Positions 12,323 through 23,400 of a stretch of DNA of 64,000 bases are shown piece after piece. The notes beneath the pieces were generated by a model. That model made no database searches and was not told the origin of the DNA. It was given only the letters and a program-made list of their open reading frames with translations. The DNA is from Bispira polyomma (Eukaryota), in the NCBI GenBank assembly GCA_965649765.1, contig OZ287752.1:17484001-17548000 (forward strand). The letters are read 5' to 3'. The translations under genes and the position numbers were made by a program. The first letter of the stretch is position 1. Each line of letters opens with the position of its first letter.

Positions 12323-15300
12323 GTAAGTATTTTTAATTTGTCTTTTGGATACTGAGATGGTGGACCCTTGAATATATATACAAAATGTGCATTACATATA
12401 GTTATCAAAATCTCAAACGTTTTTGTATTGCGTTTTCTTAATCGTTGAGTGACAAAGACAACAAAACGTGTCTTATAATTATAAAATATGAATCTTAAAA
12501 TATTTTTAGTATATCAACTTTTATATTTTCGTATTTCAATTAAATGTTAATTTTCTTTCCACCCTTGAAAACATTTCACTCTGATTTTACCATGTTCTAA
12601 ATTGTAACAAATAATAACTTTCTTCACTTGTTTGAGTTGCTAAAATAGATGAATATTTTAAAGTTAGACTCGGGCAATAAAAGTAAAAAACAGTTGTTCT
12701 ACAAATGTCTTAAGAAGACAAATTACATAAAGGTGTCTTCTCTCGTGATAATATTTTAAAATATGCACCACTAGGGTAATATCCTTGTTGTGTATCCTTC
12801 CATTGCTGTGAAATATGAAAAAATGTGTTTTAAATGTTACAATAATTACGAAAATAATTTATTCAATGTGTAAGTCTATGTAACCTGTTTCTACAACTTC
12901 GCATTCTTCTGTTAACATATTATAGATTTCTAAGTTGTTTTATTATTTTAGGGTTTATTTACAATTGTTTATGGCATGAGGAAAACGTAAAAGAACAATC
13001 TTGCTACATATTTTAGGACCATACCAAACATTGCTAACCTTGTATTATTGGTATTGCCCTGTACACTGGTCAGGTATTTTTTTATATTACGTAAATATAT
13101 ATTCATGTATTTTATTTAGCCTATATCCGAAATAACATAAAAATGGTAACATGTATAAAATGTTCATTCAGATGTACTTGATGTTGGTAATTCAAAAGTT
13201 ACACAAGTGTCCTACACCACACCCTACTCAGCTAACAGTGGTTACTACATACTGGATGGAGAACAGCTGACACTGGAGTGTGTGTTTACAGAAACTCTGA
13301 CCTCACTGGTATGGTGGACACTAAAGGGAAGTAATGAGCAAATCATACTAGTGTCTCCTAACACAGAGGATAACATACCTGAAAGTGAGTATAAATCCAG
13401 GATAGAAGACTCAACACTAACATCAACATCTCACCAGTTGGTGATTAGAGTCAACAAACAACAGGATGAGGAGCAAGAGTTCAGGTGTTATGTTGTCACT
13501 GAGGAGAACCCTTTTGGATCTGACATAGATATACGACTGGGGAATAATTTAGGCAAGTTGTGTATGGGTTACCTTTTGTAACACTCAAATTTGGCGAAGT
13601 AAAACAAGTTATAGTGTTATAGGAACTACAATATATATTTAATATACCAGTATCTATATTTCTACAATATTTATTATTACATAATTTTAGTGGTCGTGAC
13701 AATTTGTTACTCTAATGTCAAATACTGTAAGACCTAGTTATCAAAATATTATGCAGGTATGGTTTGTTCCGAATTCTGGAATATAATGGTCATATTCCAA
13801 ATAGTTCTCAGAATATTTTATGTAATAACACATTGAGTATTGTTTAATTAGGGTAGAGTTCTCAGATCTACCATCACATCAAGAGGGTTAAGTGTTATTT
13901 TTTTATGTATAGTCTTAATAATTTGATCTTAATTCATTTATACATTATCACCTCATTTTCCAGTCCGCCCATCATCTGTGACACTAGAAGGTCTAGATGT
14001 TGTAATAGAAGGAGTACAACAGATCATAGAGTGTGATGTGAACTCAGTGTACAGAGGTCAGGAGGTCACAGAGTTTGGTGTAAAGGTAGGAGAGTCTACA
14101 CTGATATCTGGTACTAAAACACAGACTACAGGGTCAGTGAGTGGGACTTATACTGTAAAGCATAGACAGACTGCAACATTTACCTACAGTGAACACCAGG
14201 GTCAACAGGTACAGTGCAAGGTCACATGGATGGAAGGGACAAGTGTTGAGACAGTGAAATCATCTACAATCAAGACACTTGATATTTATGGTATTTAAAT
14301 TATATTTAAAATTATCATTATAATAGTATTTATATAAAAGAGGTAGTATTAAATTAGCATATATAACATTTCTAATAATACATGAACATGAGGAAATTTT
14401 GTCAAATATTGCAAATTTTAAGTTGAAATTTCTCGGTTTTACACGTTTTTCAATATTTTGTACATATTGTTATGTTTGCCCTTAGTTCCAGCCACAGATG
14501 TAACTTTAGAGATATCTGACAGTTTAATACCAGAGGACACTCCTGTAACCTTCATCTGCACCACCTCTAGTAACCCCTTACCCAGACTAAGACTGTACAG
14601 ACAGAGGGAGGGTCAGTCTACCACTTTGGTCAAGTCTGTTAATGATGTGACACTGAGCTGGACTGACAGTGTCGACTCAGCTGACAACAAGGCTGAGATT
14701 TACTGTAGAGTAGATGACAATAAGAACATTGCAGGCTGGGAGTTTGATGTACAGTCAGGGAGACAGGAGATTATTGTATGGTGTGAGCAATATTGTATTA
14801 TGTTTTATTTCTGAATCATTTCTCTCTTATAGATAACAAACGGATGTGTATAGCAACAATAGTCCAATTGTCTACGAACTGTCTACAATTGCCATTGGAA
14901 ATGCACTATGATTTTAACAACTTTGTCATTGATGTTGCGCTTTAAAAGATGCCTGGCATCAATCAAAAACAAAAATAAGCGTGTTCAAAATCTATCTAAT
15001 CATATCATACAAGTCTACTATTTACATTATCTGGGTTATGTTGTGACCACATATTTACATTGTATTGGACCGTTTACTCCCGATTTAAAGGACCTTGATA
15101 AAACGTCCAACATCTGGGCATAAACTGAGCATTAACTGGTGACATCTGTAAGAACAGGAGGCAGAGTCGTAAATTTTGAACTGCTCTGAAAGCACATCTT
15201 CAGATAACTGGAGAAAAGGGGTGTGGTTGGTACTTAAACAAGGGATAAATGGGCCTTAAACTACTTAGAACGTGTGCAAACTGGACAGAACTGGTGTAAT

Positions 15301-18300
15301 CTGGTGTAATCTTGAGCAAACGTTAAATGGACGTGCGATGAACTTCCTAGATCTGATCAACTGGTTATAAGCTGGTGAGACCTGGTCAAAACTGGGAATA
15401 TCCTTGGCATAAACAGGGTATAGGGCATGCAAATATATGCAAATGAGCATTTCCCTCCAGTTATAATGGTCAGGAGTAAAAACTGGTATTAACGTGGCGA
15501 GATTTTGGACAGTGTGACTTCCACATTGTATTAGTAGTAGTAATATTTTCACATTAATGGGTTTGTGAAGGAAAGGGTATTTGTATTCTATGTTTACTAT
15601 TAGCTGTCGTAACTATTAGTGTCCAAATGCTATCAGGGTGCTAATATATACATCCGTGCCAGTGTACCAACTGAGAAAATATGTTAACATCACAAGCAGG
15701 TGATGTAAAAAAATACCTCTAATTGAATTCACATTTTTGCTAAATTTAATTCCTCTCTTGTAAAGGATGCTTATTTGTTTTGCTGCCTGACTTCCGCACC
15801 ACTGTTGCAGGTCACTATAATGTCCCTTAAATGTGTTCATCAATATTATCTTGATCAAAATTATTTTTGTTGGTATTGTTTTTCTTTCAGTCAAACCTTC
15901 CTTGACATTTAATGCTAACACAAGTCCCAATTCCAAAGAAGGAGATACCAGACAGATAGAGTGTACCTCCACATCAGCCAACCCAGAACCTGTACTGACT
16001 CTGTACAGAGAAGATGTGGAGGTGAATTCAGAGACAGGGAGAGAACTCAGTTATAGTGTGGAGATAACAAGAGAGATCAATGGTGTGACATATAAGTGTG
16101 CAGCTACTTCATCTGATCCGGGGAGTTATGGCTATGAGGTGTTGTCTGAAGGCAACTATTACACTGTTTTATGTGAGTTGTAGTTAGAATATCGTTATTG
16201 GATACTCATTTTGCATGTAATCATCCATTATGTTTTTAAATCTTATTTATTTTACTGGCAAAAAGGGAACAGAGAAGGCTGTCTAAAGCATTTCAACATT
16301 AATATCATGCAAACTAAAAAGGAAACTTTTTGAATCTACGAAAAAATGTTAGTGATTATTTCTTGCTTGTGTACTCTAAATATGTGTGGTGTCGTATATT
16401 TGTGTAAGAGTCATATAAAACTTAAAGCTCTCAATGATAGCTTATGATATCAGAAAATGCTTAAACCAGTGTTCAGAATTAAATAGATAATGGATACAGT
16501 CTTTATTTCCACCTGCACACTGCATTTTGAATAATACAAGACTACATATAATGTAAAGCACAGTAACAAATGGTTCCTGATATAGCAATGGCAGTTTATT
16601 TTAATTATATTTTCACCCAAAACCTGGATCGATGTGTAAATGTTTTGATTGTCATTAGATTAGTTTGTCACTTTGTGAAGCAAAAATTATGCGAATGGTC
16701 ATTGTGTGTTCATTTTAGTTGAGGCCTCCGAATTGACAATGACCGATGCTCCCTCAGAGTTGTTAGAAGAGAACACAGATATAACAGTGGTGTGTAGAAC
16801 AGATGAAGGTATTCCTACACCAACAGTGAGGTGGTACAGAGATGGTGAGACTGTACCTGTAGATACTGACCTAGAGACAGTGACTGATGAGGAGACTGAT
16901 GGTCAGTACAATGCTAAATATGTGGAGAGTACACTGAAGATACAGACTGATCGTACACTAAATGGAAGAGAATATAGTTGTGTGGTGGGAGATACCAGTC
17001 TGGAAAGGCAATTTACCCTGGGAGTGATTTGTAAGTTATAATTTGGTATATGTTGATGTTTTTAAATGACAATTTTAGTATTTGTAAAAGGAATACAAAT
17101 CAATTTCATCAAAAATAGAAATGACATTAAATTGATTTAATTTTAAAGAGGAAATTCATCTTCACTTGAGGTAATCAAAATAATTAATCCAGATGACCGC
17201 TCACTTAAAAATAATAAAAAAAAAAATTCAAGTCAAATTTACACCCATATTCATTGTTATGCAACATAATTTTGAAATTATACTTTAAGATATTTTAAAT
17301 TCATTTTCCCCTTTCATAGTAATTTTCATATATATGAATTGGGATGTAGTACGCCACACATAAATCTTCAACAGGTGACCTTGATTATGGATTGGCATTT
17401 GTATATATTTGCAAAAATATAGATTTCCAGATCCCTGTTTCTGTAGATTCAGAACTGTGGTAAGATATACACATAACTACTACTTCAATCTTGAGTTTAT
17501 TAAATAAGCATGACGGTTTTGTGAGCATGACGGAATTGACTTATTCACTTTTAAAAAACACGATTGAAGTGATGAAACTTGATAAGATTGATACAAATTT
17601 CTTCCCATTAATAGCTAAATTAAAAAAAGGAAATATCCAAGAAATATTGAACTAGATCATCATCTACAGACCAATCTTCTTGGTTGTCGTTCATCATTCT
17701 ATTATTAAAGCTGTAGCAGGATTATATTATATGCGCTTTAACACATTATTTGACTTATATAATGAATCTTGTTGGTCACCATTTATGCTAGTTTGAATTG
17801 GCTGCAGACGAGACTGTATTTTTTACAGATGTCTTTATTGATTTTATTTTGATCTTGTTTACCTGTAGCCATTATCATGTTTTTACTAAAGTTTAGACTA
17901 CTTGTTAAAAAGAAAACTCAGCTCTTGTTTCAATTTACACCCGTAATTCAGACTATGATCTTGCAATTGCATGTATTTTGTTGACATATGCTCAAAATAT
18001 CAAAATTGTATCTAATAAAAATATGTTAAGTTACATTACTCGACATACATACAACACACTTGTACATAAAACCTCAAAATATCCACCCCCAAACAAGGAG
18101 ACAAGTTTGCATTGATATTCACACCATAGGTTCTTACATTACAAAGGTTAAGTCCTCTGTATGTTAAATATTAAGTTATTCAAACTTGTCATGTGATGTC
18201 AATTTACCTGTTCACCATTATATGAATCTTGTTCAGATATCCTCTTATATATCTGTGTCATTCGAGGCTATGATTGATTCCCATTGTAATTATGTGCCTG

Positions 18301-21300
18301 GGTGTTTTTCCTATATTACCCCAATACTGCGCCTTAGAGTCCCCTTTGTTAAGGGGAGATTAAGCGCAATAAAAGTCTAATTACAATTACAATTACAATA
18401 CCATGGTAATACTCTTTGGTACAAAAGGAATAAATAAGTTCAAGCTTTGATGTTTTTTGGCTGTATTCCCTGAGTGATTAACTTATTGATCATTGATGCC
18501 TATGTTCACATAGTTTGCATAGCGACAAATACCAGTAATCATCAATATATGACTCATTTGATTATATGTCTTACATGCTTCTTTATTTTAAGTACAATGA
18601 ACAGTTGTCTCAAGCAGTGAGTTTGTTGGTAATTAACTCGCGGTAAATAACAACCAACTAGCAATCATATACTGACTCACTCACTTTTGCTAACATGGTT
18701 TTGTGAACAAAACAGCTGGTCAGCAAAGCATACAAAAGCCAGGTTGATACACAAACCTTAAAGAAGCACGTTTCTGTCTGTGTCATCAGTGGGGAAAGAT
18801 CACCAGTGAGTGATATGTGTACCAGAGTTACACTGGCTACTGATCACATTTCATAGAAGACATATAACTGATTCAGTTACAGAGAACACAGAGTTAACAT
18901 TAACCAGTACCTCTGATGAGTCCAACCCTATATCTGATCTAGATTACTGTTTACTACTTTCTGTCACCTCAGTCAAACTCAGGTCCTGACCAACTGATCC
19001 TATTTTTGAGAACACTAAGTACGATGTCTCAAAGTACAGTGTTAGAAGTTTAATCTATAATATTAAAATACATCAAATTAGTTCATGTTGTATCTATTGT
19101 AACAATATCTCCCTCACGTTCCAATTACAAGTGCATGTAATACTACTACAATAATTAGAAAAAAATTGAGTTCCACTTTGCATCGATGTTTTCTATCAAA
19201 TGCATCAATTTTAGTTGTAGTTAAACTATTTGTGGTCCTACTGAATGAAAAAATACTGCAGATCACTGCATACATATCATATTGTGTAATATATGAATGT
19301 AAATCGATTAAACATCAGTTTTAATTATTTTACTATGTTACAAGATCCTCCAGTAGTATTGGTTCAAAGTGCATCACTGACAATAGAGGAAGAGTCACTG
19401 TTGCTTATTAGCTGTTACATCGAGGTCGGCAACCCTAGGAACATCACCATTCAATATTGGGAGTTTGAACCCAAGTACCCCGACCGTCAGACCCAGGCTC
19501 TGCCAGACCAGAGAGAGAACAAAGAGCTGACTATAGAGAGTACAGTGTACACTGATGCCGGGACTTATAGATGTACTGCAAGAAATGCAGTAGGAAGTGA
19601 TACAGGAGAGATACATATTGTTGTACATTGTAAGTAATTAGGTAGATGTACTACAGGGAATACAGGTGGGAATGATATAGGTACATACAGATGTTTTACA
19701 TTGTAAGTAATTACGTAGATGTACCATAGACTTGTTACTGGATTTAATTTATCAATTACATCCATAACATATATGTAACAGTTATTGATACAATCTGTTA
19801 TTTAGTATTTACAGTATGCTATTCATGAAAATGATATGTTGAATGCACATTTTTAATAATCTATTAATGTAATATAATAATATTACAGATGTTCCACAGT
19901 TATTGACCGTGGGTACATCAATCTTCTATGCTGCCATAAATGTGTCTACAACTTTAAATATCAGTGTGAGAGCTTTTCCAGGGTTTACTCATGTTAGCTC
20001 AGCATTTATTTGGACTTTTAAGGGAGATTCTGTCACCAATGGGTTTGTTACTTCCTTTGAAGTACAAGATGAGGTCTTCTATTCTCAGCTGGAGATAGAT
20101 TCTGTTATGATAGACGATTATGGAGACTACATTGTGACTGTTAATAATGGGGTCAAGCAAGATGTTTCCTTTATGCTCACCTTAAAGCTAAAGGGTAAAT
20201 ATTCTAATCAAGTGTAATAATGAAATTAGCCAATAATAGTTCCTACATGATTGACAAAATTGGCTTTGGTGCACTGCAGAACATGTGAAACCACTCTTAG
20301 AAATGTTTCCATCCATTATTAAACTAAAGGCTATTACACATTGACAAGATAAGTATACTCTGTATACATTTCAAATAAATACAAAAAGTATTTTTATTGC
20401 AAAAAGGCCCACCACAAGCCCCCCAGACGGTATATATTGAAGCTGTGGCTGCTGAACAAGCCAACATATCCTGGGTTGTTGGATTATCTGGAGGATTTCA
20501 GCAAACATTCAGAGTGTTAGTAAGAGAGCTTATGTCAACTGAAGAGATGTTTTACAGTACTGACCGTGCCAATCCAGAACAAGGAGATATAGTCTACTTT
20601 GTAATTGTGGGCCTAAAACCAGAAGTAGAATATGAAGTGATTGTTCTAGGTATGACTGAATATAATGGAGGAAGTCAATCAAGTAGTGATGCAGTCATGC
20701 TGGTAACTAGAGGTAAGATATTTTACAATGAATTTTAGTTCATTGAAAATAATATACATAATACTTTACAGTTCAGTATTGGACTTGCTTCATATGACAC
20801 AAACTACTTTATTCAATATAGCAAAACCCATTTTAAATGAAGATGATGTGGTTGTTGTACAGCTTGAATCCTATGTTGTTGTAACCTGGAAGTATACACC
20901 ACTTGATGTGAACTATACAAGTGTTACAGTAGAACAATGTAAAGCAGAGGGGGGCTGTACAGAACACAGAGTGACTAATATTCTAAATCAAATCCTGACC
21001 ATTCCTTTGGAAGCCGGAGATACTTTCTACCTGGTAATCTATCTTGATGGATTGGAAGCTTACAGGAGTGGCGAGTTGACAGCCAGTAGGTCTCTGGACG
21101 CATCGACACAAAGTATGTTTTTCAACACTCGTATCTTTACTTGAAATGATTTCAGAAATTGCAGAACAAGCTTTTAGGAAGACCGAGATTGATTTTCATA
21201 AATATTCTATTTTATCTATGTATAAGATTTTAGTCAATATGGAAATACTCTGAGAATATATGAGTTTTACTTGTGATGGTTAAACCTAGATAATACTTTT

Positions 21301-22492
21301 GGAATTGGAGATACACCTCAACTTATGATTTAGTTTGTGATATATTTCATAACATGTTAATATTTGGTTCAAACTATTTCAACTTTGATTATGATCTGAC
21401 ACAACTGTACCATTACTTTACATATGGGTTAGCGTTAATGGCTCATGATTGTATAGGAATAAGTGGGTATAGGGTGTACAGAGAATAAGTAATGGTCGTC
21501 AACTTACATATATGTATTTACATTATTTCATAGGTATGACTGAATATCAAAAGACATCTGGCAAAGGTAACTATTTTGTAAAATTACTTTTATTCAATCG
21601 TCCTCAAAGAGTACAATGTCAAATTATTTATGCTGTGAAATAATACACTAAGTTGTATAATATAGTTTGTTGTTTTGTCAGATGTTGCATGGATTGTTAT
21701 TGCAGGAATATTCATCACAACCACATTTATTCTGTTATTGCTTGTGGCTCTGTATATAATCAGGAGAATCCAGTCACAGAAAAACAAGGTTATTCTTTTA
21801 AAATGTATAAAGATATAACAAGATTTTAAAGGTTAAGGTAATCCATGGGAATGTGTATTCATCATGTTAAAAATTCGGAAAATTAAGGAATTAGTATGAT
21901 AAACAACACAGACTTATATTTCAATTTCATTTAATATAATTATTGATTTATGATTTTGTCTGAGATAGGCACAGAATGCGATTGATGAAGATAAAGAGAC
22001 ATGGACTTACGAAAATACAGGACCAATATTAACATATGAAACTCTGAAGCAAAGAGAACAAGACGTGGATGTGGCCACATATGCTGACTTAACAAATACT
22101 GCTGTAAGAACGTTTAAAACACATTGTGGAACACTAATTGTGGCAATAATTTATCAAACCAAATATAATAATGATAAAACATGGTCAATTTAATAATATT
22201 TTTCGTTTTGCGGTGTTTGTTAGTAATTGTGTGACATTACCATACATGTGTTATGCAAAAATATAGATGACCCTAATTTTGTAAAATTTTGTACACCTTT
22301 TGACATTAAAGAAGATATTTTATGACTTTAATACGGAGAACCTGTAACTTGCAATTACAGTGTTAAAGAATTAAAAGTTACTTTACCATTACTGATGGTA
22401 AATAGATGGAATCATTTAAATACAAAATCAACATTACCAAATTTCTGTTTATATTGTAGGCAGATACATATCAGAATGTATCCTCACAGTGA
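12250..22492 (+). CDS. Gene A: multi-exon IgSF type-I receptor (SP, V-like Ig + 6 Ig, FN3, FN3-like, TM, Tyr-motif tail); nephrin/sialoadhesin-like architecture
   Basis: 14 in-frame exons: 12250-12322, 13172-13552, 13964-14290, 14486-14782, 15891-16172, 16719-17030, 19345-19629, 19889-20194, 20407-20712, 20822-21112, 21534-21566, 21682-21788, 21969-22103, 22460-22492(TGA); all extracellular introns phase 1. Confidence 0.85.
13172..13552 (+). CDS. Gene A Ig1 (V-like)
   Basis: ttcattcag| YVLDVGNSKVTQ..LTLEC..VWW..DEEQEFRC; donor G|gcaagt (GC). Confidence 0.85.
13964..14290 (+). CDS. Gene A Ig2
   Basis: ttttccag| VRPSSV..IECDV..VQCKVTW..; G|gtattt. Confidence 0.85.
14486..14782 (+). CDS. Gene A Ig3
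   Basis: ccttag| VPATDV..FICTTSSNP..DNKAEIYC; T|gtgagc. Confidence 0.88.
15891..16172 (+). CDS. Gene A Ig4
   Basis: tctttcag| KPSL..IECTSTSANPEP..NGVTYKC; T|gtgagt. Confidence 0.88.
16719..17030 (+). CDS. Gene A Ig5 (C2-like)
   Basis: ttttag| EASEL..VVCRTDEGIPTPTVRW..DRTLNGREYSC; T|gtaagt. Confidence 0.9.
18328..18395 (+). mobile_element. Extremely 5'-truncated L2/CR1-group LINE 3' end with (ATTACA)n tail
   Basis: Identical to the reverse complement of 43181-43244; hairpin CCCCTT-TGTT-AAGGGG; possible TSD caatac. Confidence 0.85.
18743..18990 (+). pseudogene. Relic Ig exon fragment(s) in a gene A intron
   Basis: 18864 onward reads ITDSVTENTELTLT-S-TSDESNP, with the canonical B-strand Cys as AGT (18906-18908); upstream VCVISG..RVTL resembles an Ig F/G strand. 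Confidence 0.55.
19345..19629 (+). CDS. Gene A Ig6 (I-set-like)
   Basis: ttacaag| PPVV..ISCYIEVGNP..YW..DAGTYRCTARNAVG; T|gtaagt. Confidence 0.9.
19889..20194 (+). CDS. Gene A Ig7 (Cys-less I-set-like)
   Basis: attacag| VPQ..LNISVRAFP..FIW..SQLEI..DDYGDYIVTVNNGV; G|gtaaat. Confidence 0.85.
20407..20712 (+). CDS. Gene A FN3 domain
   Basis: GPPQAP..ISW..GGFQQTF..GLKPEVEYEV; G|gtaaga. Confidence 0.88.
20822..21112 (+). CDS. Gene A divergent FN3-like domain with Cx5C
   Basis: aatatag| AKP..VVVTW..NYTSV..QCKAEGGC..FYLVIYLDG; donor A|gtatgt (alternative at 21086). Confidence 0.75.
21534..21566 (+). CDS. Gene A 33-nt stalk micro-exon (SMTEYQKTSGK)
   Basis: tttcatag|...aaag|gtaact, phase 1-1, open frame. 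Confidence 0.6.
21682..21788 (+). CDS. Gene A transmembrane exon
   Basis: ttttgtcag| DVAWIVIAGIFITTTFILLLLVALYIIRRIQSQKNK |gttatt. Confidence 0.85.
21969..22103 (+). CDS. Gene A cytoplasmic exon
   Basis: AQNAIDEDKETWTYENTGPILTYETLKQREQDVDVATYADLTNTA |gtaaga. Confidence 0.8.
22460..22492 (+). CDS. Gene A last coding exon ADTYQNVSSQ*
   Basis: attgtag| phase 0; parallels the short Tyr-bearing last exon of gene B. Confidence 0.75.
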   Translation, partial: ADTYQNVSSQ

Positions 22493-22899
22493 ACAAGCTA
22501 CTCAGTATCCATCAACACAGCAATGTGGAGCAAATTATCTGTAGTGACCTTTCGAGTAACCATTACACAGTGTTATGTTATGAATTGTGCCAAATATAAT
22601 AATCAGAATTGATATCAGCAACTACGTGACATGAAAAATCTTTGTTACAGCTGTAGATATTTTGTTAACCTTATCAATTGTATCTATTAATTTAACAACT
22701 CTTCATATCTTTTATTATACAATAATTAATTTTGTAATTAGTTAAACATATTAATCCGTTCTATGTGACGTCACACACTTAACTAACAAGAAAGTTTTTG
22801 GGACAATAATTCTATATAAACCCATAGCAGTAAATGCTTACGTATATTGTACCTATATTTGTAACAAGTGTATTTATGTAGAATTAAATATATTATAAT

Positions 22900-23400
22900 G
22901 TACTTATTCTTATTCTTCTTATTGTGTCCACACATACACATGCTATAAGTTGTGTTGCAACCATAGTTGAACACAGTCTTTAGCTCTGCATTGTTAGCTC
23001 CACTGGGTTCAACTTTGTTGAGGAGGTTTGTGCTAGGCTTGAGCCGACTATTTGCTGGTTCATGGCCAAATATGGGGGTGGTGCTCATCTGTGATCTGAC
23101 CCTCGTGTTCTCTACTACTTGCAGTACTACATTGTATCGTTGGTGGTGCTATACCTGCTAGGATGTATAGACTGTCTGTTGGTGTTGATCTGAGGCATCC
23201 GGGTAGTGTTTATTACTGGATCAATTTTCTTAGCATGCGCTGATCTTTCCCACACTAGACAAGCAAACTCAGCAGCTGAGTAGCACAAGGTTAAGAAGGG
23301 GATCATAGAGTAAGTGGGCAAGCTCACCAGCTTGTTCCAGATTGCTACCAATATTGTGTCTGGCACAGACTTTTGCTTTCGTCTTCTTAACATAACTTTT
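22900..23400 (-). mobile_element. Non-LTR retrotransposon RT C-terminal relic
   Basis: LCYSAAEFACLVWERSAHAKKIDPVIN and PIFGHEPANSRLK match the typical post-RT region of jockey/RTE-type LINE ORF2; frameshifted. Confidence 0.7.

Noticed and set aside
13017-13073. Extra small exon in gene A intron 1 (ttttag|...cag|gtattt)
   Set aside because: Not needed for a coherent signal peptide, and there is no paralog support
14860-15830. ORFs and actggt-rich stretch in a gene A intron
   Set aside because: Probably a non-autonomous repeat, but no clear TIR pair or protein motif could be established
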